From the NCBI RefSeq assembly GCF_036417845.1, contig NC_089978.1:20774000-20837999 (forward strand): a stretch of 64,000 nucleotides of DNA, given 5' to 3'. The notes beneath the pieces are model-generated. The model did not search any database, was not told where the DNA came from, and saw only the letters and a program-made list of their open reading frames with translations. The position numbers and the translations under genes are program-made. The first letter of the stretch is position 1, and each line of letters starts with the position of its first letter. This document shows positions 1 through 11,700 of the stretch, in pieces. The stretch is from Apteryx mantelli (taxonomy: Eukaryota).

Positions 1-925
1 CATTTTTATATGTATTTTAAGTTATCCAGGCACAGAAATGTTTTATGGTCCAAAAACCTAAAGCAAATTCATTCTAGTACATGTTGCATGAAGTGCCCTT
101 AAACATTGTTTTCCATTTCCTCTCCAGTTTGTCTTGCTGCAGTGGCTGATCTGTCATCTTGTAAAAACCTTGCATTTTGGCAATTTTTATAGCTAATGCA
201 CACAGCTGTGGTCTTCAACAGCTTTTCAGTAAAGGCTGAGTATTGCCAGTGCAGTGTTGTATTACTGACAGGTTTTGGGTTTTTTTGGTTGTTTTTTTTT
301 TTTAACAATCTCTTTATCAAGTGTAACTAGAGCAACAGAGAACTGATGCTTAACAAGAGGAAAAACCTTTTGTTTCCTTAGTGCTCCCATTGAGGTTAAA
401 AAACAGTAGGAATCATAGCTTGATAATTACCCACGCACACTGCTGTATTAGAATGTGAAGTAAGGAAAGTGAGGCCGCGAGTCCAAGACAGGAAGTTACC
501 TCTTGCCTGTTAGACCTAAAGACTTCGGTTGACATAATGCAGACAGTGTGAGCTGATTTGAGCTTAGAGAAAACAAAAGGATGGGTGAGCTATAATTTTT
601 CCCCTATTGTATCTTTATAGTTAGCCTCTATTGCTGTAATTCAGTCCATGTTGAGGGCTGATTGTGCAAAGAATAGTAGTTCTGCTGACAGTTACAGTGC
701 TGAAAACTGAAGGCTAAAACCTGGCATTGTGGGTCATCTTGTTTTGTTTCTTTTTTGGTTTTAGTCAAGACCAACCACACTGTGGTTTCCTGTCAGTTCT
801 TCTACTGGAGTGTTTGTCACTCTCTTTCGGTTCATTGATTCATTTGTTCTGTTCTGAATAAAACCAGAAATATTAATGTGAGAACAGTGGGTAAATGGAT
901 GTTTATTCAATATTGAATGTAATAG

Positions 926-1026
926 ATGCTGAAGTACTTGGAATTGAAAGTGAAACAGGAAGGAGACAAAGTGGCAGAAATTGCAGATAGAATGTTTGAT
1001 GAACTTATTACTTCTCTCCAGTCAAG
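926..1026 (+). CDS. RNF17: RNF17 coding exon (coiled-coil/linker region)
   Basis: Acceptor aatag|ATG (ag 924-925). An in-frame tag at 923-925 fixes the 5' edge. Donor AAG|gtaatg at 1027. Peptide MLKYLELKVKQEGDKVAEIADRMFDELITSLQS; ends phase 2 and joins the next exon to give SRKRKL, similar to human ...FDSRKKNL. No ORF-track support. Confidence 0.6.
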
Positions 1027-1894
1027 GTAATGTTCTGGTTTGTCAGGTTGGGAGTGGAGGGGAGACTGAGTTATTCTTACCAATAAATTGTTTCCAATTC
1101 AGCTAAAAATACATAATTCTGAATAAAATTTCAGTTTTCCTTATAACAGTATTTTATAATACCTGTTTTAATCTTTGTACAGCTTTTTTGGCCATTCATA
1201 ATGGTATCTTAATTCTTGGAGCTACTTTGTATGGCTGGAAGAAAGTAGCATATGTAGCCTCTGTTGTTTAAAAAAAAACTTAAACAGTCTTATTCATGTC
1301 TGTTCCCTGAAATAATAACTTGATTCCAAAGGTACCATTGATAGTACCATTAACAGATGATCAGTGTGAGAACAAGAATAACTTACAAAACCTACTTCCT
1401 GAAAATTTTTGGGCTTATAAAAGCCTAAGGATCTTTCTAGTTCTTCATTTTCAAGAATATGTGTATCTTGAGATTTATGTATATATTTATGTATGGCAAA
1501 GCTTAGTATTCCAGAAGAGCCTTTAAAAGGGGGATCTGATATCTTAATAGACTGAATTATAGAATTCAGCCTTTTAGTCTGTGGTTGAATGTGTATAGAA
1601 ATACCTGGAGGCTTGACTGGAAGAGTGGGGTTTTTTAAACATTTAATAAAAAAATGTTTCTCCAAAGGATATGGCTCTTCAGTGTGAACTGTTAAATTTT
1701 TTGGTTCACCTGATTTTTATTTCAGACTTCCGTGTTTCCACTTATATCACTGTATCAGAAAAGCCATACTTCAGTTTGAGATGCATCCACTTTGTGTTGT
1801 GGTGGAACTGTGGCAATTGTGTTTTACAGTTGAAGTTTGAATCTGCACTGCTGAGTTTATTACGTTCTGAAAAGTAATGTTGTTTTTAATACAG

Positions 1895-2066
1895 GAAAAG
1901 GAAGTTGTATGCAGAATTATTGATGAATATTGACAGTTATAGTGCAGAAGTTGCAAAGGCTAAAGAGTACATTGAAGAGAAGAAAAGTTACTTGATTGGT
2001 GCCGTTAGGATTGCAAAGGAATTAAAAATTACACCTTCTGTAAGAATCTACTGTGATCTGGCTCAG
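1895..2066 (+). CDS. RNF17: RNF17 coding exon
   Basis: Acceptor ttttaatacag|G; donor CAG|gtagtt (gt 2067-2068). Frame matches ORF-track 1905..2213. Peptide KRKLYAELLMNIDSYSAEVAKAKEYIEEKKSYLIGAVRIAKELKITPSVRIYCDLAQ. The gtaaga at 2040 is a decoy donor because the conserved ...SVRIYCDLAQ continues past it. Confidence 0.8.
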
Positions 2067-3231
2067 GTAGTTAAATTCTCACACTGTGAAATAACTTCGG
2101 TAACGACTACATTCAAATATTTGTTGAAAGTTCTTTCTTTACAAAACTTTTGCAGTAAAGTATTCTATATTTCCCCTATCCCCACCCCCACCCCACCCCC
2201 TGCCATTGCCTAGTCTAAATTTGTTTTTGGTCATGAATTAGGGCCTGATGACTGATTGGTAACAAAAAGATGGTCGTTGCCCCTTAAGAGCTTGCCATCT
2301 GAAACAACAAATGGAAAGGGAGGACAGGGAAACAGTGACACAGTGGAACAATGGCCAGTGAAAGGGCAGTGATTTCAGGAGTTCAGAAGTCTCTCAAGTC
2401 TTTCCCATTCTAGAGTTCTCTGACCTCACCAAACTACTCCAGATTTAATAGTCATGCTCTCTTGAGCCTCCTGCTCCCAGGCCTTTACTACCACTCTTCC
2501 TCCCCTCATATCTGCTGCTTATAGAAACACATAATACCTGCTGTGCTGTATCAAACCAAAGGTCCATCTAATGAAGTCTCCCATCTCTGGCAGCAGGCAG
2601 GGGAAGATGCTTGGAGGATGAAACTGAGAACATGAGCAGTTAGGGAGTATAGGAAATTGCAGGTTAGGGATTTTATAATTTGAGGTTACATCAGGGCCAT
2701 TACGTTGAGTAGCAGTTGACTTATTCTGTCATAGACTGGTGTAACACGTCCTTGAGCTCCTTTATACTGCTGGTGACGCTCAGGGTGTGGGTGTACGCGT
2801 ACATAAACAGGGCCACAGGTTAGTATTAAAAATATGAGGAGTATATAGAGAACAGCTCCCTCTTATTCTTTCTAAACCTGCTACCTGATTATTTCATTAG
2901 GAGCCTTTGTAGTTGTGTTGTGAAATAAAATGAATAACTAGTCCGTAGCCATTCTTCCATGCAACTCAATTTTAAGCTATCATGTTCCCTGCATCCAGTT
3001 GTCACTTTCCATGTGAAGAAACCTAGTCTCTCTCATCTGGTCATGGATGGAAGTCTGATTCCTCCTTTTTATTTCCTGGAACTTGCTCCCTTAACCAGTG
3101 TGACCTTTAGCAGCTGACACCCACCCACCCTGTGCTCCCATAGGCTGCTTCAGGTTGAGCCTACCTTCTTGTGTAGAAGTTGCCCTCTCAGTGGCTGTTA
3201 TACCAAAACAAAATCCTATTCCTGCTTCTAA

Positions 3232-3640
3232 TTCACAGAATCGTAGAATGGTTGAGGTCGGGGGGGGGGGGGGGGGGGAACCTCTGGAGATCATCTAGTC
3301 CAGGCCCCCTGCTCAAGCATGGTCACCTAGAGCAGGTTGCCCAGGACCCTGTCTGGACGGCTTTTGAATATCTCCAAGAAAGGAGACTCCATAATCTCTC
3401 TGGGAAACCTGTTCCAGTGCTCCGTTACCCTCAACAGCAAAGAAGCTTTTCCTTATGCACAGATGGAACTTCCTGTGTTTCAGTTTGTGCCTGTTACATC
3501 TTGTCCTATTGCGGGCACCACTGAAAAGAGTCTGGCCCCGTCCTCTTTACACCGTCCCTTCAAATATTTATATGCACTGATAGGATCCCCCTTCAGTCTT
3601 CTCGAGGCTGAACAGTTCCTGCTTCTAGTTATGTGCTACA
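3232..3640 (-). mobile_element. CR1 (chicken repeat 1) LINE 3'-terminal fragment, minus orientation
   Basis: The reverse complement matches the CR1 3' end: cacagaatcgtagaatggttgagg is the revcomp of the canonical ...aaccattctatgattctgtg tail, and internal ctctgggaaacctgttccagtgc matches CR1 ORF2 C-terminus/3' UTR. The poly-G tract sits inside it. Confidence 0.8.
3260..3278. repeat. poly(G) homopolymer, 19 nt
   Basis: Uninterrupted G run read directly, located in the tail of the CR1 fragment. Confidence 0.9.
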
Positions 3641-3857
3641 GTTAGAAAAAAACACAGGTGTTAGGTCTTAAGCAGTATAAGAAGACATGTTGAGAAGGAA
3701 TGTACTTTTGACCTTAATTATTATCAGCTATAAATGAGTAAATTTTTCTGTAGAATTCAAAATATCATATTCTGATTATGTCATGTTGTAGATAATAGAT
3801 GCCTGCATAATCTGTTTTTTGTATAATAGAAGCTAAGACTGCACTTCTTAATTTCAG

Positions 3858-3934
3858 ATTATTCGTAATCTAAAGTTGACAATTGAGGATGAGCTCTCAA
3901 GAGTGAATAGTCTGAAGGAGAAAACATCTCTAAG
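3858..3934 (+). CDS. RNF17: RNF17 coding exon
   Basis: Acceptor taatttcag|A; donor AAG|gtaaat (gt 3935-3936). Phase 0 in, 2 out. Peptide IIRNLKLTIEDELSRVNSLKEKTSL (human-like IIRTLQLTSDSELAQ). Confidence 0.75.
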
Positions 3935-5838
3935 GTAAATGACTGGAACTGGAGGTAGATGGGAAGGTAAATGGATGCACTGGTTATGTCAGTAGCAAAA
4001 GCTGTCCATTTACGAGTTAAACAGCACAAATCAAGCTGCTTCACTTGCAGTATATTTAAAAAATTTTACTGATTCAGGTGTATATAAACATATTGTTAAA
4101 AATGCACAGTATCTTCATCTGAGACATCAGGGAGAAAAGACATTATGGTGTACATACAGTTTGCTGATATGTTTAAAAAAAAAAAGAATAGACCTGCGTT
4201 TAAAAAAATGTTTGGCAGGCTTCTAACATTTTACACTTCCTCCTCTTCCCTTACAAGTAGAAATAAACTGGGGAAGTAACAGCTTAAATCTTTAAAAAAA
4301 ACCAAACAAACAAACCAAAAAAAACCCTTTCTCATCTTCAGCAAAGATGCTTTTTGTGGCACAGATATCTAAGAAGAAATTCCTGGAAACTCCGCTTACC
4401 ATGTTGCCCTCCTTAGAAATTGCAAACATAAAATTTCTATACTTGAATGTTAGGAAAAGAGCAGGGAAGAAATGTGTCACAGCTGTGGTTTAGCTGACCC
4501 TCTGCAGTTTGGTAGGAGGACTTGACTCCACAAGGTAGGAGTCCTTGTGGCAGGAGGACTGCAAATGCTAGTGTATATAGGGTACGCTCAGAAATGATAA
4601 GGGAAAGAATAAGGATGCTGTCAGGTTGTTTGTTGCTGATGTTTTAGTTCATGGACAAGAGCAAGAGCTGGTGCTAGTGATGGCTGTTATTTGCGTAAAT
4701 GTCTGTTGAAAGAGCATGATGCGTAGTCCGTTAGGTTATTGGAACATGTTGAGGGACCCATTTCGTTTAAGGACATGGAACCACTCCTGGGGAGAAGGGG
4801 CTGTTTTGCATTGAATTCTGACTAATGCAGAGGAATGAAGCTGAAAGATCACTACTTACACTCAAAGTACGAAACATTAAGTAGTTGATTAATGTGTGAA
4901 AGGAAGAGTCATAGAATACGGGTAAAAGAATTTTTGAAAGCATCCTATAGTAAACTCAGTGAATTGGTGTGTAGGGCCTCATTTAAAGATAATGTGAGTA
5001 GTGAAGAAGAAGAATTTCAGAGAAGTTCTTACTTAAATGCACGGTGGCAAACTCTCCCAACCTAGAGGAAAGCAAAAAACAATACAAAGTCAATTGTGTT
5101 TGCACGGGGAGACCTTCTAAGGACCTGAAAATGAAAAACAGATGGTTAGAAGAGGAATAAAGGAGACCTGATAAAGGATGAGTATAAAGGCCTTGCATGG
5201 TGGTGCCGCTCCAAAATAACATTGAAGGTGAAAAAATTACAACTGGTAAGGTGCAAGAAACTTGAGACCATTTCCATAAATGTAAAATACCAAAGAAGAA
5301 AGGATAGGTGCATTCCTGAATAGAGAAAAAAGAGAAGAAATGCTTCAGAGAAGATGGGCTGTTCAATAGTGCATATGCTTCAGTTTTCACAAATTGTTAA
5401 TGTTGACTAGATGGTTAGCAAAGCAATTCGTTTGAATAAAGTCATGTTTACAGTTCTGCTAGCTTAATTATTGTAAAAGTACTTAAGAGATGTTACTAGC
5501 TTTTATTTGGGAAAGAAAATGGAGCTGTTTGTTAGTGTAATGATAAAACAAGAAAAGAATATATAGGTTTTGGGCTTCAATTATGGTTTTTTCCTTCAGG
5601 ATTTTTGGAGAGGTTTTTTTCTCTATGAGGAAAATTTGATGGAATTAAACCTGTTATTGATGAGAACTCCATAAATAAATATTGGAGTACTCTGTGTGTG
5701 AGAGAGGAAGCTAGGAGAGTTTTTAAATATAAATGTGAAGATAAACAAATAACCAGATCTGTTAATAGGCTGTTAACATGCCAATTTTCAGTGCTCTTTT
5801 TGTCCACAAGTGAAGGAATGAAATAGGTAATTAACCTC

Positions 5839-5860
5839 TTTTTTTTTTTTTTTTTTTTTT
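5839..5860. repeat. poly(T) homopolymer, ~22 nt
   Basis: Read directly, in RNF17 intron. Confidence 0.9.
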
Positions 5861-5972
5861 GCCTGTTTATGTACTGCAGGAATTTTGTCCTAAAAATGAT
5901 GTGTATCTCAAAGTGTCAGAGTGATTTAGATCATCCTGGTGACTTTCATAATCTTTTTTATCTTTTTTCTAG

Positions 5973-6047
5973 TTTCTTCATGAATACTAATGAGATTACA
6001 TCTTTGTTAAAAAATATGGGGAAGATTGAATGGGGAAAAACAACAAA
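5973..6047 (+). CDS. RNF17: RNF17 coding exon
   Basis: Acceptor tcttttttctag|T; donor AA|gtaagc (gt 6048-6049). Frame matches ORF-track 5869..6051. Peptide (S)FFMNTNEITSLLKNMGKIEWGKTT (human-like ...MFNNMGKIEF). Confidence 0.75.
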
Positions 6048-7379
6048 GTAAGCATTTTTTTTAATAAAGAGGATGGGTACAGTAATTTACCTAGTCATCT
6101 AGCAGTTAAATGTTTATTAGAGATTTAAAAAAAAAAAAGTCCGTGTATGCTTCTAAGAGTATGATAACAAACCAAAGCAAAACTTATGATGTTGGCATTT
6201 TGGTTGCCATTCCAGCTAAACCAGTTAGTGTTTCAGTGGTGGCATTTCAGTCTTACATGTGTTTCACCCAGCTATTTTTACTGTATCATTTAAGTTATGT
6301 ACTGAAGACTTACTTTTTAATGATGGATGCTATTCCAGCTTTGGCATTTAATGCTATAATAGAGATGTTTATAATTTCAGTATATGAAAATTGCTTCATG
6401 TAAGTGTAAATACATCTGGAAAATCTACAGCAAATACTGAAATTTACAGTATTTCTGCTTCATAGTCTAAATGCCAATTATGGCAAATGTCAAAATAATT
6501 GATTTAAGATTAACCTTAACCAGAAAAAAAACCTGACTTTTCTTTAATTAGACCCCTTTACTTTTCCTGCGGTCTTTCTCAAAAACTTGAGAAAATAAAA
6601 TGGAATGGAATTGCTGTTAAAATGTAAGGGAGGCGTATTGTTATCACTGGTAATCTGAGAAAAGGGTTGTCACATACTGTAATAATACTTGGAAATCCTG
6701 CAGATTACAGTACAGAGTAACTGCCAGCATCTAGCATGCCTTTTGTTTTTAACATAAACTGTCTGTCACATTACTAATGTTTTTCAGATAGTTTGTTTGT
6801 ACTTATGGGTGCTATTTGGTCATTTAAGCAGGGGCAGCTCATGTTTGTGCTGACCTGTGCCCAAGGATAAAAGGAGGATTTCCTCTATAGAGGGGTGATG
6901 AACTAAATTCTGCATACTGTTTTGTAGCAGTTTGCAGATCATTCTTGGAATCTCTTGCTTAGATTGAGGAATAATTTCTCAAAGAATGAGTGGCCCTCTC
7001 TTTATCTGTGATTTATTATGACATTGGCAAAAGTGTTAAAAGTGCTTTAAGGAAAATCTGTTTATGTACAATGGCCTGAATAACCTATGCTGCTCTCTTG
7101 TATGTTTATGGTGTCAGAAATCTCCCAAGGTATCATATATTACAGTTTGGAATAACCCAGATTTGACAATCTTGAAAGCATGCTGTAAAAAAATCTCTCT
7201 TTCAATATGAAGTATAGTATACTGTAGTGCATAGTCTATAGTATAAAGTGGTCCCTTTTAAAAAAAGTTAAAAGAGAACAATGTTCAATTAGGAAGGAGG
7301 AAGGATCAGTTCCAGCAGAGGCCTAGTTTTTTCTCCTTCATAGGATTCAGAAATAGTTCTACTGTTTTGTTGTCTTGGT

Positions 7380-7500
7380 ATTCAAAAATATCATACAATT
7401 TTTTGAGAAATACCAATTTTTTAATTGAAAAATTTTTTATTTTATATTTTTATTGAAAATATTTTATTAATTTTTTATTGAAAGTTTCAATAAATATTGA
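7380..7500. repeat. AT-rich low-complexity/tandem motif region (ttttattgaaa-like units)
   Basis: Repeated ttttattgaaa / atttttat units, read directly. Confidence 0.6.
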
Positions 7501-7650
7501 AATTATTAAAATAACTTCTGCTGTTTCCGCCAGTTTTTATGAGGTATTTTCATAGTATTGTGATCTGTTTTTTAAAAGGAAAAAAAATGCTTTAACTTGC
7601 CTGCTTCTCTGAAAACAAACCCAATTCTATTAATTCCTGTCTCCAAATAG

Positions 7651-7943
7651 ATGTTTTCCCAAATATAGTGAAGACGATGGACAACACACTCTTAGGCCTG
7701 ATGACAAAGAAGAAATACCACCAGGCTGTGATACTCATTTTTCTGTAGACAATACCTTTCCAGCACTTACCAGAGAAAGGAAAATAAAGGCTCTTGCAAA
7801 ACTTGGTGTTCATGAAGAAGTGAAAAATACTCGAGTACAAGAGTTACTTACTATGATACATCGTCAGAATATTCCTGTTCTACCCAAGACTCTGTCCAGC
7901 CCTGATGTCATAATAGAAGAAATAATTGAAGATGATGAGGAAG
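7651..7943 (+). CDS. RNF17: RNF17 coding exon (acidic linker ending ...SSPDVIIEEIIEDDEE)
   Basis: Acceptor ctccaaatag|A (ag 7649-7650). An in-frame alternative acceptor lies at 7667-7668. Donor GAAG|gtaggt (gt 7944-7945). Phase 2 in, 1 out. Peptide KCFPKYSEDDGQHTLRPDDKEEIPPGCDTHFSVDNTFPALTRERKIKALAKLGVHEEVKNTRVQELLTMIHRQNIPVLPKTLSSPDVIIEEIIEDDEE. Confidence 0.8.
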
Positions 7944-8334
7944 GTAGGTTGCTTAACACCTGATGCTTTCAATATTCAGTTGTCAGTCATAATGTCATTT
8001 ATCCATAGCATGTTTGTAGTCAAACTCAGCGCTCATACAGACTCTTTCATGGCTCCTGCATTTCACTTTCCCTTGCTTTGAACTTCTGTGGTTTCTTTTT
8101 TTCCTTCCCTTAGCTTGGCTTAGGGAGAACTTTCTTACAACTTTTTTCTAGTAGCTGTCATCATAAGTTTCTGTGTCTTCCTGGAAAAGTCTCCTTGACT
8201 ATCTTAGTTGTTACAGTCCTTCCTGGAGTTTCTAACATTGTCTTATCTTAACTAGCAACAACAGTAAGTTCTTCAGTTTGTCAGTTCTTCTCTGAACTGA
8301 TTAGTAGAGTGTAGCTAGCAGGTCCAAGGAAGTG

Positions 8335-8770
8335 ATCTTAGGCTCTGTGATACCGCACTGGAGTGCTGTGTCCAGTGTTGGACCCTGCAGTACTGAAAGT
8401 CACTGGTCTACTGGAGCAGGTTTCAGCAGAGTCAGCCAAGCTAGCTAGGAGCTGGAGCACATGAAGCGTGAGAAGAGGATGAAGGAACTAGGCTTCTTCA
8501 ACCTTAAGAAGAGGAGGCTTCAAGGGGAACTTCATGGCTGTCTACAGCTACCTGTTTGGTGTATATAGAGAAGTTGGAGCCAGATTTTTCTAGGAGGTAC
8601 ATTGATAGGACAAGAGGCAACAGACACAAGTTGGAACGTGGAAAATTACAATTAGATACTAGGAAGAACATTTTACTGTGAGGGTGGTCTAACACTGGCA
8701 CAGTTTGCTGAGAGATGTTGTGGAAACTCCATCTTTGGAGGTGTTTAAGGCTCTGTTTAGCCCAAGTCTA
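8335..8770 (+). mobile_element. CR1 LINE 3' fragment (diverged), plus orientation
   Basis: ctggagtgctgtgtccagt...ctggagcacatg...ttcaaccttaagaagaggaggcttcaagggg...actgtgagggtggt...cactgg...gttgtggaaactccatctttggaggtgtttaag parallels the CR1 consensus ORF2 C-terminus and 3' UTR (YCVQFW...[29 protein letters not shown]...). Confidence 0.75.
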
Positions 8771-11700
8771 AGAATCTCTTTTTATTTTCAGATTGCCTTT
8801 TAGGAAATTATCAGGTTTCCCTACCTTACTTCCCTTTTTAACAACTTTTGAATATTATGGAGGCATGTATCGTAATCTTCCATTGCTGTGCAGCTGACCT
8901 TAACATCTTAAGGTTTTTAAACTTTTTTTGTGTTCATGCTGCCTGCAGCCATCTTGTTTACAATTCTTTCTGCTGATTCTGTTATTTCAGCTTTTTTACC
9001 CAGACTATTCAAATAATTGTTGCCATTGAACTATTACCATTTGTTATTCATAAAATTTAATGTTGACAAGCCATGTTTCTCCAAGTGCTTTTACATATGT
9101 ATATTCCATTCTGAGTGCATATACATATCACATGCTCAAGTTTGGAGACTTTGCCTTGGCAGTGCCTGTACAGCAGATAACCTGTTTTTCCTTTTGGTCT
9201 GCATCAAGGAAATAATAGACAAAACACAGTTCCTTTCATTTGCCATTGGTAAATGGCAAAGTTTTGCTGGTAGACCATAGCTTTGACTTTATAACCACTT
9301 TTGAAACTTGATTTTCTTTATTGATCAATCTTATTAGTGGCTCAATTTCCAGTTTGTCTCTTTGCTTCATGTTTAGACTATGCTACATCACTTGTGTGGC
9401 CAAATAAGCCTTAATCTCTGTTTCTGTTCAGGCATGATAGCATGTCTTCTTTCAGACCACTTTGCTTAGAACTTGATATTGTCAAGTTCTTGTCAATAGT
9501 CAGGAAGAACAGGGCGGTATGTATGTTTGTTGTTGTAAAAAGTTTAAACATTAGGTCTCTGACATTAGCCTACTGGGGTTGCACAAACTTGGCAGGCCAA
9601 GACATTTAACTCTTGAGGAAAGGAATTAATTACAGGGACCCTACTAGATGGAGGAACATTGCTTCACCAAATAATGTGCTGAATGCAGGTCCTTCACATT
9701 CTAGGCTAGGGAAAACAGCAAAAAGGCTTGTTTTATGTGCAAGGTAAATCTGTTGGGTCAGTTTTGAATTCCAGAGCATAAGACTCTGCCAGGTATAAGC
9801 TCACTGAGGATAAAAGATTCATATTCAGAAAAACAGTTGCTGGTGACCAAGATGACATTCTTTGAACCTAGACCTGGAAAGAGAAATTCAAGGAGAAAAT
9901 ATCCTCCTCATCATTTTTTTGAGGCTTACCTTTCTCAGCCATCCTCTTCTGAAATATACAAAGGCACACTCCTCCACAGCAGAACAGCAATGATCTGTTC
10001 AACTTATCATACTCCTCAAAGGTTTCAGAAATACAAACATAAGCTTTGTTATCTGTGCACTCTGACAACTCTTCTTAACAGTACAATGGCAGATTTGCAT
10101 GTTGACTGTCCATTCCTTTCATCAGTTTTTCCATGCCAAAACAGGAGTGATAAAGGCTCCCTGCATTGGTGTTGATACAATGCCTATACCCAGTTTCATT
10201 TCTGTGCCTCCTTTTCCTTCTTGGGAATCTTCTCAGGACATTGTGCACCAGCAAATTTTCTTCTTGCTTTTATCTCAAAAGGTAAGTTGGTATCACTAAG
10301 GAAAGTACTTCTGTAAGGTTCACTTCGAAGTGTTGTTCTTAATAAAATTATCATCCTTGCACCAAGCTAAAATGGTAATATGAATAACCAAAATTCTCCC
10401 TTTGGAACCAGATTATTGGTTTATACCTCTCCACCTTGAGGACACATGCTAGAGCTTTATCACCATACCATAGTACAAGAAATATTTGTGATGTCTGATC
10501 ATCTTACTTTTCAGCAGTGCCACTGAGCACCACAGATGAGCTCAGAATAGGGAAAGAATAAGTTCAACAATGCTTTGGGGAAGTTAGATGTTCTCAAGTT
10601 GTATGAGCCTCAAACTTCAGTCAAGTGGCTGAATCAATTTCAGAGTCGTCCGTGGCTGTTTTTGAGAATAAGTGAGGTACCAGAATACTAAACAGCGCAT
10701 GCAGTACCTGATTTTAGAGAAAATGAAAGGACAACCTGGAGAATTGTTGATCAGTTTTCATTTACAGAAAGAAATTCATGTGATGTAAATTTCAGAGCTT
10801 GGGTACGGCTGTCTAAAATAGCTTATTCCAAAATCCCAGTGGACTTCACAACACACTTTCTGTCCAAACAAAATTTCTTCGAACTGGAGTGTAATACAAG
10901 TTTTGCATATCCTGGATCTTATATTTTTTATGTAGTTTGATAATCTTGGAATTAACACATGGGCTGGCCATGTGCATGTTTCACTGAGTGTGCATCTGCT
11001 CCAGTAACATCAGGTATGAAAATTTTTTCCTCCTCAGTACCCTTACAGAATCCTTAATTTCTCTTTAATGTATTTGCCTATATGTATACATACTTTAACT
11101 AACATAATTCATTAAACTTCTTTTAAAACAATAAACAAACAGAACTTCCCACAGAATGTCCTGAAGGTGAACAGAGGAAGAAACTCTTCCAGAAGAAAAC
11201 ACCTTTTGAACACAAAGCCGGTTAGTGGTTTTCCTATCTGGTAAATGGTTTAGTTTGTGGTGGTAGTTGCTTGTTGCAATTTTTGTTATTTAACTAAGTC
11301 TGACTAAGATCTGCTGTTGAAGAGAGTCATTTTTATAAGGAGCTGTTAGAGAAGACACTGAAATTAGTTGGAGAGTTGGACACACATTAGCATTCTAGTT
11401 GGAATCAGGAATGTATTATGAAGCAGATAGCCTGTTTTTGCTTATTTGTAAAAGCTGTCTTGGGACATGTGAACTGAATTCCTTCCAGGTGAAACTAGTC
11501 TGGGAGGTGCTTATAGTGTGGATGTCATTCTTGATACCAGCTGTGTTGCTCTGTAAATCCACTCGTTGTGCACTCCTTGCTAATGTAGGTACAGTCTTTA
11601 AGACTTGCCATAAAACCACTTAGTTTGAAGCTGCAGTACAGGAAGTCCCAAGCAACTTTCAGAAACTCAACATACGTAGTGTTTCTCAGCAGCTGGTAAA

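Noticed and set aside
2040-2045. gtaaga that looks like the donor ending the 1895- exon at 2039
   Set aside because: The reading frame stays open past it, and the following ...SVRIYCDLAQ matches the conserved RNF17 sequence (human-like ...SLRTYCDLNQ). The real donor is CAG|gtagtt at 2067.
7592-7840. 82-aa minus-strand ORF antisense to RNF17 exon 7651-7943
   Set aside because: It is an antisense chance frame over a coding exon. The sense frame is conserved and phase-linked to neighbouring exons.
10082-10281. 200-nt open segment with acceptor cttcttaacag| and strong donor AAG|gtaagt (ORF-track 10099..10299, MLTVHSFHQFF...)
   Set aside because: Length is not a multiple of 3: phase 1 in, phase 0 out. 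Its inclusion would frameshift the downstream Tudor-1 exon, which demonstrably joins in phase 1 directly after ...IIEDDEE. It has no similarity to RNF17 and is probably a chance ORF.
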